Shown one piece after another: positions 1 to 9,019 of a stretch of 40,140 nt of DNA. Position 1 is the first letter of the stretch; every line of letters begins with the position of its first letter. The notes beneath the pieces are model-generated. The model had not been told where the DNA came from, did no database searches, and worked only from the letters and a program-made list of their open reading frames with translations. Position numbers and translations under genes: made by a program. The stretch is from Deinococcales bacterium. Its GTDB lineage: Bacteria > Deinococcota > Deinococci > Deinococcales > JAAFIG01. The stretch covers positions 1 to 40,140 of the forward strand of contig JAYWGM010000018.1 of the NCBI GenBank assembly GCA_043778225.1. The letters are read 5' to 3'.

Positions 1-323
1 TCCCGCCTACATTTTAGAATTTTCAAAAAGCGGCAATTCTGTTCTTGCTCGTAAAATAGCACCTCACGGGCTACTCGCGCTCATTACGGCGGCAGATACA
101 CTGTCCCTACTCCTTTTAGTCGGAAATGTTTTAGCAAAGAACTCTAAAACATTTCGGGGTTATACTTAACGGCAGCCCTCACCCGCCGCGCTTCTGGAAA
201 AAGTTTGGTTCGGGATTTTGAACAAAATGACTCGAGCAGCCGAAAGCAACCATGCTTTCGGCTTTGACTTTGTTGCGTAGCACATTGCTTGAGAATCAAA
301 AACAGGTCAGTATAGAACTCTGC

Positions 324-1469
324 ATGGAACAAAACTGTCCAATTTGCTATACCCAAAATCCAGCCGATGCCACGGTTTGTGAGGTTTGCGGCACTTCGTT
401 TTTAGAATCAAAAGTAACTCAGGTGGTGACCGATGAACTCCAAGCAGGGCAATTGTTAAATGGTAACCAGTACCGTGTGCTGTCGGTGATTGGGCGGGGT
501 GGCTTTGGAATTACTTACCGTGCTTTTCACCTCGAGCGGCGCGAATATGTCGCCATTAAAGAACTTTTCCCAGACGGCTTGGTGACTCGAGACCAAGAAA
601 CTGGTCTGGTGCTGCCCAATTCTGGCGAAGCTCGGGCATTAAGCACTTTGGTACAGCGCTTTGAAATCGAAGCCGATACGATTCGCCAAGTTCGACATCC
701 GACCGCCGTGACGGTACTCGAGACTTGGGAGGAACTTGGCACGGCATATATGGCAATGGAAATGCTCGAGGGCGAAACGCTCGAGCAGCGCATACTGCAA
801 GGTAAACTCTCGGAAAAAAGTGCCAAACGGCTGCTTGTGCCTCTGCTCGAGTGCTTATTTGATTTGCACGAGCGAGATTTGCTACACCGCGACATTAAAC
901 CCAGCAACATCATGATTGTGGCTGGCGAACCGGTGCTGATCGACTTTGGCAGCGCCGCCGATTTTTCACCTCGAGACAGTGTGCGTGTCTCTCATCGGGT
1001 TGTGACTCCAGCTTATGCCCCACTCGAGCAGTATGCCTCGGAAGCCAAATTTGGACCCTACACCGATTTATACAGCCTTGGAGCAACCTTTTATGAAGCC
1101 ATCACTGGTGTGCCGCCGCCCAGTGCTTTGGAGCGACGCAAAGGGGCGCGGCTTGTGCCGGTCACACGCATTAACCCCGAGATAAGCCAGAAATTCTCGA
1201 GTACCCTCGAATATATGCTCGAGGAGCGGATTGCCGACCGCCCACAAACCGCCCAGCACGTACTGCACGAACTTGGCTTGGTGGACATCAAAAGCCGCAA
1301 AGAGTTTTCGATCAAGAGTCTGGACGAACAAAACGGCGTGGTACAAAAATCGCCAGTGGTCTCGAGCCGAATTCCAGAACCACCAGAAAGCCTTGGTCAG
1401 TCAAAAATGAAGGTTTTGCCTCGAGTCAATGCGATTTCGGGGATGATTACCAAATGGCTCAAGCGGTAG
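324..1469 (+). CDS. Hanks-type Ser/Thr protein kinase with N-terminal zinc ribbon
   Basis: CPIC..CEVC ribbon; GRGGFG, VAIKE, HRDIKPSN, DFG, YAPLEQ motifs. Start moved from 252 to ATG 324 (MEQNCPIC). Confidence 0.9.
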   Translation: MEQNCPICYTQNPADATVCEVCGTSFLESKVTQVVTDELQAGQLLNGNQYRVLSVIGRGGFGITYRAFHLERREYVAIKELFPDGLVTRDQETGLVLPNSGEARALSTLVQRFEIEADTIRQVRHPTAVTVLETWEELGTAYMAMEMLEGETLEQRILQGKLSEKSAKRLLVPLLECLFDLHERDLLHRDIKPSNIMIVAGEPVLIDFGSAADFSPRDSVRVSHRVVTPAYAPLEQYASEAKFGPYTDLYSLGATFYEAITGVPPPSALERRKGARLVPVTRINPEISQKFSSTLEYMLEERIADRPQTAQHVLHELGLVDIKSRKEFSIKSLDEQNGVVQKSPVVSSRIPEPPESLGQSKMKVLPRVNAISGMITKWLKR

Positions 1470-2253
1470 ATTTGCCCCAAGTTCGCAGTAAAAAAAGCAA
1501 GACAAACGCCAAGACTGCCATCAGCCCCGATAAAACCAAAGCTGCCGCAAAATCAGACTCGAGCGCTCCGTAAACCGCCAACGTCATGGTGCGGGTACTG
1601 CCCTCAAGTGAACCCGCAAACAGAATCGTTGCCCCAAATTCGCCCAAGGCTCGAGTCCAAGTCAAGACTGCCCCCTCGAGCAAGGCTGGGCGCAGGAGTG
1701 GCAAAGTAATACGCTGCAACACAATGGTTTCGTTTGCGCCATCGACTCGGGCGGCATTCTCGAGGTCTGGGTCGAGTTGCATTAAACCTGCACGGACGGT
1801 GCGAATAAAATAGGGCGCTGCCACAAATAACTGCGCCATAATCACGGCGGTACTCGAGAAGGCAATCTGCACCCCAGCCAACTCGAGTCCAGAACCAAGT
1901 AAGCCATTGCGCCCAAAAGTAAGCAGTAAACCCAATCCAGCCACGACTGGCGGCAAAACAAGCGGCAAATCTAGGGCAGCATCCAAAACTGGTTTGCCAA
2001 AAAAGTCAAAACGCGCCAATAAAAAAGCCACAGGTGTACCAAAAATAATGGTGATGAAAAGCGTAATCATGGTTGTCCAAGCACTGACCCGCAATGCCTC
2101 GAGAACCGCCAAGCTGCTTAGTGCGCCAAGGCTCGAGAGACCGTGCCACAAAATAACACCGACTGGCACAAGCAAAAAAAGCACCAAAGCCGCCGCGAAA
2201 ATCAGCATCCAGATTGGGGCTTTGGCTTTTAAGGTTTTTTGATAAATCCCCAT
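1459..2253 (-). CDS. modB: Molybdate ABC transporter permease
   Basis: LDLPLVLPPVVAG, EAA-like LENAARVDGA, RALGEFGAT; directly follows modA. Exact start uncertain. Confidence 0.88.
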   Translation of the reverse strand: MGIYQKTLKAKAPIWMLIFAAALVLFLLVPVGVILWHGLSSLGALSSLAVLEALRVSAWTTMITLFITIIFGTPVAFLLARFDFFGKPVLDAALDLPLVLPPVVAGLGLLLTFGRNGLLGSGLELAGVQIAFSSTAVIMAQLFVAAPYFIRTVRAGLMQLDPDLENAARVDGANETIVLQRITLPLLRPALLEGAVLTWTRALGEFGATILFAGSLEGSTRTMTLAVYGALESDFAAALVLSGLMAVLAFVLLFLLRTWGKSTA

Positions 2254-2984
2254 TTGTGCAAGATACCTTGTCCAGCTAAACCAAGTACATATGCCGTAAA
2301 ATCTCGAGCCGCGTTTTTGTTGGTCGCCTCGCGCAGCACCGCAATTGGATAGCTTGCCACAACATTTTGGCGTTCTGGAATGGCAATCTCAATAACATTG
2401 GCACGAAGTTCTGGAGTCACATCGGTCGCATAAACCACGCCAGCATCGGCTTCGCCCAGTCGGACTTTAAGCGCTACCTGACGGACATTGCTTTCTTCCG
2501 AGACGACGTTTTTAAGCACTTGACTTTCAAAGTTTGCGCCAAAACGTTTGGTGGCTTGCAGATTTTTAAGCATCTGTCGGGTGTATATGCCAACCGGCAC
2601 AGTCGCTTGGGCTATCACCAATTTGACATTGGGCTGGGCTAAATCTGCCAGTGTTTTGACTCGAGCCAAACCGCGTTTTGGCGTAATAACAATCAGGCGG
2701 TTGCGGGCAAAAATTTGTGGTGGCTCAAGAATTTTCTCGAGTTTGGTGTTGGTATCAGCACTGGCAAAGACATCGGCTTTTGCCCCATTCTCAAGTTGAG
2801 TTCGTAAAATTTGTGAGCCAGCAAATTGAAAACGCACCGCTACCCCAGATTCTTTGCTAAATTCACGCCCTATCTCGGTAAAACTTTCGGTCAGGCTCGA
2901 GGCGGCAAAAATCGTTAGGCTCTGGTTTTGGCTCAAGCCTTTGGCGCAACACAGTAAAAGCAGCAAAACCAAGACTTTTTTCAT
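2229..2984 (-). CDS. modA: Molybdate ABC transporter substrate-binding protein
   Basis: Signal peptide; FAASSL, FAGS, ADVFASAD, VPVG.Y, GEADAGVVYATD. Confidence 0.9.
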   Translation of the reverse strand: MKKVLVLLLLLCCAKGLSQNQSLTIFAASSLTESFTEIGREFSKESGVAVRFQFAGSQILRTQLENGAKADVFASADTNTKLEKILEPPQIFARNRLIVITPKRGLARVKTLADLAQPNVKLVIAQATVPVGIYTRQMLKNLQATKRFGANFESQVLKNVVSEESNVRQVALKVRLGEADAGVVYATDVTPELRANVIEIAIPERQNVVASYPIAVLREATNKNAARDFTAYVLGLAGQGILHKWGFIKKP

Positions 2985-3718
2985 ACAAGCGGTTCTCGAG
3001 CTGGTTTTCCAGCAGCACGGGTTAAACCTCGGGTTTCAGGGCTGGATTCTGGAGGTTTTACAGTTTTGATGTACAATTCAATTGCCACTGCTCGGCGCAC
3101 TTCGGCTCGAGCAGGTTGTAAACCGAGTTGGCTTAACATGGCTGCCACTTTTTGGCGGTTGGGGAAACGCACCCCACTGAGCTTAAACGGGGCTTGCACC
3201 AAACGCCCAAAGTTTGTGTCTGATTCGCACAAGTACATCATAAAGAGCTTGCCACCGTCTTTGAGAACTCGGGCGCACTGCGCCAAGGCTCGAGCCGTAT
3301 CAAAAAACTCGTTGAGGCTTGCACCCATGACAATGCCATCAAAACTCGAGTCGGCATAGGGCAGGTACTCGACATTGGCGTGTTCGTAGGCAATACCACT
3401 GTTATCGCCTCGAGCCATGGCTTTTTCGAGCATCGGTTTTGAAATATCGATGGCGGTTACAATTCCGCCAGCCTTTGCCAAGACTCGAGCATAATTACCG
3501 GTGCTTGTGCCAACATCTAAAAAATTCTGGGCTGGTTGGACTGCCATCCATTCGTTCAATAAGGCAAATTCGCGCTGCAAAGTATAGTTTTCTCGAGTCA
3601 ATAACGATAACGAGCGCTCGCGCCAAAGATCGTACAACTGTGCCGTCAAGGGCAGAAAATTACTGCTTTGGGCGAGGGTATAACTGGCATTTTTTGGCAT
3701 TTTACTGGCGATAGTCAT
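2981..3718 (-). CDS. Class I SAM-dependent methyltransferase (UbiE-like)
   Basis: FLDVGTSTG motif I, IDISKPML, LPYADSSFD, ARVLKDGG. Start at ATG 3718 after TAGACT-N7; ATGA overlap with modA. Confidence 0.8.
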   Translation of the reverse strand: MTIASKMPKNASYTLAQSSNFLPLTAQLYDLWRERSLSLLTRENYTLQREFALLNEWMAVQPAQNFLDVGTSTGNYARVLAKAGGIVTAIDISKPMLEKAMARGDNSGIAYEHANVEYLPYADSSFDGIVMGASLNEFFDTARALAQCARVLKDGGKLFMMYLCESDTNFGRLVQAPFKLSGVRFPNRQKVAAMLSQLGLQPARAEVRRAVAIELYIKTVKPPESSPETRGLTRAAGKPAREPLV

Positions 3719-3903
3719 TGTGGTCAGTCTACACGCCAGACTCGCCCAAGATATTTCTATAGCCCACAAGCTCTGGTAATACAACAATTCAAACCTTATA
3801 CAGACAAAATGAGCTTTTGCTACGATTTGAAAACCTGAGGGTATCTAATTTTTAGAAATTTAATCGTTCTAAACAGCATTTTACTTTCTATCAAGAATCG
3901 CCC

Positions 3904-3926
3904 TTGACATTTGTCAAACCTTGTAC
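3904..3926 (+). promoter_or_regulatory. Candidate CarH/LitR operator overlapping a TTGACA -35 element
   Basis: Perfect inverted repeat TTGACA-TT-TGTCAA (3904-3917); TCAAACCTTGTAC (3914-3926) recurs as TCAAACCTTATAC (3789-3801). Confidence 0.5.
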
Positions 3927-3978
3927 GAATATATGGGCATTCGGAGTCAAATTACAATCTTTCAAACCCAAGGAAACC

Positions 3979-4884
3979 ATGACCAGCCAAACCACCGACA
4001 CCACACCACTCTTTACTGCCAGCGAGGTCGAAGCTCGCACCAGCGTACCCGCGACCACTTTGCGCCAGTGGGAACGGCGTTATGGTGTGCCAAACCCAAA
4101 TCGCACCGCCAGTGGCTATCGAATGTACAGCCCGCTCGACATGGCGTGTATCGAATTTTTGAAAAATCATATTCTCGAGGGCATTCCAATCTCGAGGGCT
4201 GCCGAGCTATGGCGTGAAGCACCCAATGAGAGTCTCCAAGCCAAAACCATGCCAGCCAGTCAGTTGGTCACGGAGATGATTGCCGCAACCTTGGCTGGCG
4301 ATATGGCTCGAGTCGAAAAGGTACTCGCTCAAGGTCATGCCACCATGCCAGTCGAAGATGTGGTTCTCGAGGTGATTCAGCCAAGCCTGATTGAAATTGG
4401 TGAAAAATGGCATCGCGGTGAAATCACGATTGCTCACGAACACCAAGCCACCAGTTTTATCAAAGGAAGAATGCTGCAACTCTTTGAATTGGCGGGCATT
4501 CCACGCAGCGGACCTGTGGTCGTGATTGCCTGCGGACCCGGCGAGTACCACGAAATTGGCGCATTGGCAATCGGGATTTTTTTAAGGCGGGCGGGAATTC
4601 GCACCCATTACTTGGGCGCAAATATGCCCGTGGTGGATTTGGCACGTTTCTCGAGAGAAGTCCGCGCCAGTGCGATCATGCTTTCGTGCAGTTCGGCAGA
4701 AGTGATTGATGCCATCCGCGCACAGGTGCATTTATTGCAAGAAGTCGTACCTATCCTGATTTTTGGTGGACGGGCTTTTAACGAACGCCCAGACCTCGCC
4801 AAAGAACTTGGGGGAGAATACGCCGGCGCTCATGCTGGACAAGCCCTTGGCTACTTTTTAGCCAAGCTAGGAGTAACCGCATGA
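3979..4884 (+). CDS. carH: Adenosylcobalamin-dependent photoreceptor/repressor, MerR HTH + B12-binding domain (CarH/LitR)
   Basis: LRQWERRYG in the MerR HTH; W-x9-EH (WHRGEITIAHEH); ExHxxG (EYHEIG). AAGGA RBS before ATG 3979. Confidence 0.88.
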   Translation: MTSQTTDTTPLFTASEVEARTSVPATTLRQWERRYGVPNPNRTASGYRMYSPLDMACIEFLKNHILEGIPISRAAELWREAPNESLQAKTMPASQLVTEMIAATLAGDMARVEKVLAQGHATMPVEDVVLEVIQPSLIEIGEKWHRGEITIAHEHQATSFIKGRMLQLFELAGIPRSGPVVVIACGPGEYHEIGALAIGIFLRRAGIRTHYLGANMPVVDLARFSREVRASAIMLSCSSAEVIDAIRAQVHLLQEVVPILIFGGRAFNERPDLAKELGGEYAGAHAGQALGYFLAKLGVTA

Positions 4885-6389
4885 CCCGCCAAGACCAACA
4901 AGCCGAGGTAACGATTATCGGGGCTGGCTTTGCTGGCTTGGTGGCTGGGGCGCTGCTGACCAAAGCGGGGCGCAAAGTTCAGGTTCTTGAGCGCGATATT
5001 CACCCCGGTGGCTGTGCCGCCCGCTACAGCCGTAAGCACCCGCTTGGCACATTTTCTTTTGCAGTTGGCGCGACTGTCTGCGCCGGTCTCGAGCCAAATG
5101 GCATTTTCCATGGCATTTATCAGCGCCTTGGCTTACGCCGCGATTTGCCCAACCTTGACCCTGTGATGCGCTTGCACCTCAACCAACGCCAAGCCCGTGT
5201 TTTGGGTACTCGAGCCGCTTGGAAGAACGAACTCGAGCGAGCCTTTCCCGGGCAACGTAAAGAAAAACAAGCCTTTTGGGCTGAAATTCAAAGCCTCGCC
5301 GATACGATGCACCATGCTGCACGGCGTTTCCCAAGTATGCCGTGGAAAAGCGCTTGGGATGTCTGGGACACCGCCCAAGGAATTCATCCGGGGGTCTTTA
5401 AGGTTTTACTGAGCCTCAAGCAGACAGTCGGGCAACTGCTCGAGAAGCACAAAATTAGCGACCCAGCCCACCGCGCTTTTATAGACGGACAACTGCTCGA
5501 TTCGATGCAATGTGTTTCCAAAGATTGCGCTGCCCCAAATGGCGCTTATGCACTCGAGGTCTACCGTTTTGGGGCGCAGTACGTGCCGGGCGGACTGGCG
5601 ACCCTTGCCGAAGACTTGGCTGGATTTATAGACAACAACGGTGGGAAAGTTCATTATGCAACTCGAGCCAAAAGTATCCTGCTCGAGTCTGGCAAAATAA
5701 AAGGAGTTGAAGGTCATGGGCGCAATTTTCTTTCGCCCGTGGTGATTTCAACTGCTCCAGTTCACGACACCCTGAAGCTAGTTTCTGACCCACGGCTGCT
5801 GCCAGCCACGCAAAAAATCGAGCAAATGCCCGAAATCTGGGGTGCATTTACGATGTACCTTGGGATTAACGAAAAAGTCTTGCCCAAAGGCACTGGTCTT
5901 TTTGAACAAATTTCTGATTACGACGAAAACGGCTTAACCGAGAATTTTCTGGTTTCAATCTCGAGCCACGACGACCGAATTCGCGCCCCAGAGGGCTACC
6001 GCAGCATCACGATTTCGACCCATGTCAGACCAGAAGGCTTTTTTAACCTCAGCCCCGAGGATTACCGCACACAAAAAATTGCTCTTGAACAGCGTATTTT
6101 GCGCCGTCTCGAGTTGCTTTTTCCTGGATTCTCCGACAGTATCGTGCTTTTAGAAAGTGGAACGCCGCGCACCTTCGAGCGTTTTACCCTGCACAGCCTC
6201 GGAAGGGTTGGAGGCATCCCACAAATGCCTCACAGTGCTAATTTTAATGCGCTGCACCACACTTCTGGTCTACCGGGCTTACTTTTTGCCGGCGAGACTG
6301 TTTTTCCCGGACAAGGCACACTCGGCGTTGCCGTCAGTGGCTTTAATGCGGCTCGGACAACTGGGCGCTATTTGGCGCACCTAACCTAA
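4881..6389 (+). CDS. FAD-dependent carotenoid desaturase family protein (resembles cyanobacterial-type C-3',4' desaturase CrtD)
   Basis: IIGAGFAGL Rossmann motif, PGGCA..F.VGAT..AGLEPNG, GTPRTFERFT, FPGQGT. ATGA-coupled to carH. Confidence 0.72.
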   Translation: MTRQDQQAEVTIIGAGFAGLVAGALLTKAGRKVQVLERDIHPGGCAARYSRKHPLGTFSFAVGATVCAGLEPNGIFHGIYQRLGLRRDLPNLDPVMRLHLNQRQARVLGTRAAWKNELERAFPGQRKEKQAFWAEIQSLADTMHHAARRFPSMPWKSAWDVWDTAQGIHPGVFKVLLSLKQTVGQLLEKHKISDPAHRAFIDGQLLDSMQCVSKDCAAPNGAYALEVYRFGAQYVPGGLATLAEDLAGFIDNNGGKVHYATRAKSILLESGKIKGVEGHGRNFLSPVVISTAPVHDTLKLVSDPRLLPATQKIEQMPEIWGAFTMYLGINEKVLPKGTGLFEQISDYDENGLTENFLVSISSHDDRIRAPEGYRSITISTHVRPEGFFNLSPEDYRTQKIALEQRILRRLELLFPGFSDSIVLLESGTPRTFERFTLHSLGRVGGIPQMPHSANFNALHHTSGLPGLLFAGETVFPGQGTLGVAVSGFNAARTTGRYLAHLT

Positions 6390-6430
6390 CCTCGTGCGGT
6401 GCATTCCCGCAAAGAATGTCAGGAGCTTTT

Positions 6431-7060
6431 ATGATGAATTTAGGTACAAACCGACCACATCAAATGCGTTACCGCCGTGGACAAACCGTTTACTACGAAG
6501 GCGACCCCGCGCTATCTTTATTCCGAGTCGAAAGCGGCTTAATTCGGATTGCCAAACTGACCCCCAAAGGACGGGTTTTAACCGTGCGCCATGTTTTACC
6601 CGGCGATTACTTTGGCGAAGAAGCCCTCAATAAGCAGTGGCGCGACCACCAAGTCGAAGCCCTAACCGACGCAACTCTTGTACCTGTAGACCCACAGAGC
6701 ATCACTGGCGATAACCTTGGGGTAGTGACACGCAGTTTATCCGACCAACTGCAACGGGTCATGGCATACGAGTACCACTTACAAATTGGCGACCTGCGGC
6801 AGCGCGTTTCGCGTTATTTGCTGCAACTGGCACAAACTCCACTGGGCGGCACCGATGAATCTAACCGCACCTATGTCCGTGCAACCCACGAACTGATTGC
6901 CGAAGGCACAAGCAGCACTCGAGAAAGTGTTTCTAAAATCATCACCGAGTTGCGTTCAGAAGGCTTATTACAAAGTGGCTACCGCCGCATTACGCTGCTC
7001 AATAACCCAATGCTCGAGCGCATGGCACAGCACTCTGACCTTGACGAAAACGAACTGTAA
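6431..7060 (+). CDS. CRP/FNR-family transcription factor, LdrP-like
   Basis: cNMP-like domain (PGDYFGEEAL) and HTH ATHELIAEGTSSTRESVSK; AGGAG RBS; next to carH/litR as in Thermus litR-ldrP. Confidence 0.8.
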   Translation: MMNLGTNRPHQMRYRRGQTVYYEGDPALSLFRVESGLIRIAKLTPKGRVLTVRHVLPGDYFGEEALNKQWRDHQVEALTDATLVPVDPQSITGDNLGVVTRSLSDQLQRVMAYEYHLQIGDLRQRVSRYLLQLAQTPLGGTDESNRTYVRATHELIAEGTSSTRESVSKIITELRSEGLLQSGYRRITLLNNPMLERMAQHSDLDENEL

Positions 7061-7078
7061 AACCACAAGCTGACTTTT

Positions 7079-7122
7079 GTAAAAGCGCAAGGCAACCAGA
7101 GCCTTGCGCTTTTACTTTTGCC
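7079..7122 (+). terminator. Intrinsic terminator after the CRP-family gene
   Basis: 15-bp perfect stem GTAAAAGCGCAAGGC / GCCTTGCGCTTTTAC (7079-7093 / 7101-7115) followed by T runs. Confidence 0.8.
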
Positions 7123-7161
7123 CTTTTTACCTTTTCACCTTCGCAGGTTAAACTACTCCTC

Positions 7162-7968
7162 ATGTCCGAAGTCAGAAAAAAATCCACTGGTCTGCCCAAA
7201 ATTGTTTGGGACTTAATTTTTACGCTTTTAATTCCAGTCTCGATTCTGTCCCCAAGTTTATCATTGGGTGGGATTCATTTTTTGGGTTCGGAAACGGTTG
7301 ATGGTAAGCAAGTTGGCTTTGGCGTTTCGGACATCATTGGAAACGTTCCAGCCTATGTGATTGCTGCCTTGATTCCAGTTTTTTATATTTTAATAGACAC
7401 ACTGCGGACTCGAGTTTTTAATCCGATTACGACCGTGGCTGCCTCGAGTGCCTTAATCGGTGGCGGACTGGCTTTTTTACAAATAGATGGTTGGCAATTT
7501 GCCTTAAAAGATTCGTACCGCCCGATTGTTTTTGCGATTATTATGCTCGGTAGTTTATTACTGGGTAAGCCATTTTTTGCAGTTTTCTTGCGAATAGCCA
7601 TGCAGGATGTGACCCCAGCCCGAAAACCAATCCTCGAGAAATTGCTGGCAGCCCCAAATGTCAAGGCTGGTTTATTCCAAGGTACTGCCGCCATCGGACT
7701 CGAGAGTATCGTCATGGCAGCCATTAACTTTGCGGTCAATTTGAATATCGTGACTGCCAAATTTGGTACAAAAGATTTTAACGCGATGGTGGCTAAAGCC
7801 AACGGCGTGTTGTACCTACCGAGTACCTTAGCCAGTTTTGCGGCGTTTGGCTTGGCGTATTACTTGGTGCAACGCGGTTTGACCAAAGATTTCGGTGACA
7901 AAGCCCAGTTGTTTGACGATACCCTTTGGGATGCGCTTGAGACCCCAAAACCCGAAACGAGCCTTTGA
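7162..7968 (+). CDS. Integral membrane protein, probably VC0807 family
   Basis: Multiple hydrophobic helices, WQFALKDS..GKPFF segment; leaderless TAAACT-N7-ATG. Confidence 0.6.
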   Translation: MSEVRKKSTGLPKIVWDLIFTLLIPVSILSPSLSLGGIHFLGSETVDGKQVGFGVSDIIGNVPAYVIAALIPVFYILIDTLRTRVFNPITTVAASSALIGGGLAFLQIDGWQFALKDSYRPIVFAIIMLGSLLLGKPFFAVFLRIAMQDVTPARKPILEKLLAAPNVKAGLFQGTAAIGLESIVMAAINFAVNLNIVTAKFGTKDFNAMVAKANGVLYLPSTLASFAAFGLAYYLVQRGLTKDFGDKAQLFDDTLWDALETPKPETSL

Positions 7969-8669
7969 TGTTCTGGCGTGGATTTCGGGCAATCATGCCC
8001 TTGTACCTTGGCGTTGTTCCATTTGCCCTTGCCTATGCCGTGACCGCACGAGCAAGTGGCTTAGGCATTCTCGAGACCCAAGCGCTCTCGGTGCTGGTTT
8101 TTGCTGGCGCAAGTCAATTTAGTGCCGCGCCACTTTTGGGGGCTGGAGCAAATGGCTTGGCAATTATTCTGACCACTTTTTTACTCAATGTACGGCATTT
8201 GCTGTACGGTATTGCTGTAGCTCGAGCATTGCCCAACATGACTTTACGCCAACGGATTATTGGGGCATTTTTTTTGACCGACGAAGCCTTTGGAACATTC
8301 TTAGCCAGTGGTGTGCGCGATTACCGATTTTTACTCGGCGCGTGCCTGAGCTTGTTTGTTTCATGGAATGCCTTTACACTGGTGGGCGCACTCGCCTCGA
8401 GCCTTGTGCCAGACCCCGTAGCACTGGGAATAGATTTGGTGTTTCCATTGAGTTTTTTAGCAATTTTAATGCCGCTCTTAAAAACCAAAAGCGAATGGAT
8501 GGTAGCGGCTGGCTCGAGCCTCATGGCTTTTGTGTTTGTGCCGCGTTTACCATCTGGCTTAGGAATTCTGGTGGTGGGTGTATTGGGCAGTCTGCTTGGT
8601 GCTTTTTTAACTCGAGATGAACCAGTGCCTCCAATAAAGCCTGAAGATGCCACACGAGAAATCGCATGA
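7968..8669 (+). CDS. azlC: Branched-chain amino acid exporter, AzlC family
   Basis: VFAGASQF, LLNVRHLLYG, LTDEAF; TGATG overlap with the upstream gene. Confidence 0.9.
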   Translation: MFWRGFRAIMPLYLGVVPFALAYAVTARASGLGILETQALSVLVFAGASQFSAAPLLGAGANGLAIILTTFLLNVRHLLYGIAVARALPNMTLRQRIIGAFFLTDEAFGTFLASGVRDYRFLLGACLSLFVSWNAFTLVGALASSLVPDPVALGIDLVFPLSFLAILMPLLKTKSEWMVAAGSSLMAFVFVPRLPSGLGILVVGVLGSLLGAFLTRDEPVPPIKPEDATREIA

Positions 8670-8962
8670 ATTTCTGGCTGACGGTTTTTGGGATGCTGGT
8701 CGTGACTTTTGGCTCGAGGTTGGCTGGAATGCTGCTGACCGTGCCGCTTCCGCCTTTCTGGACACGATTTGTGCGCTTTGTACCAATTGCGGTTTTTACA
8801 GCTTTAATTATTCCAAGTCTCGAGGGAACACGCGGCGAAGGGCTGCCGCGCTTATTAGGGGCGATACTCTGCGGCTTTTTGGCTTGGCGCACCAAACAAC
8901 TTTGGATTGGGCTATTTGCTGGGATGGTTAGCTTTTGGTTGCTGCGTAGCCTTGGCGTGTAG
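8666..8962 (+). CDS. azlD: AzlD domain membrane protein
   Basis: 98 aa hydrophobic, VTFGSR..LP.FW.RF.RFVPIAVFTALI; ATGA overlap with azlC. Confidence 0.85.
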   Translation: MNFWLTVFGMLVVTFGSRLAGMLLTVPLPPFWTRFVRFVPIAVFTALIIPSLEGTRGEGLPRLLGAILCGFLAWRTKQLWIGLFAGMVSFWLLRSLGV

Positions 8963-9019
8963 TGCGGTGAATTTCGATTATTTCACAGTCAATTTCCAAA
9001 ATAGGTGTACGCTTTTGTG

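Noticed and set aside
37..54. TTCTG-N8-CGTAA resembling the Deinococcus RDRM/DdrO operator
   Set aside because: It is 18 bp; the RDRM palindrome is 17 bp (N7 spacer), and no adjacent repair gene is visible.
2981..3718. This methyltransferase as the CTCGAG DNA methylase
   Set aside because: UbiE-like small-molecule MTase with no (D/N/S)PP(Y/F) or PC catalytic motif.
6108..6918. CTCGAG-free gaps (about 800 bp here; also about 22980-23745, 10490-11180, 38450-39145) as foreign DNA markers
   Set aside because: With mean spacing of about 145 bp and about 275 intervals, a few 700-800 bp gaps are expected by chance.
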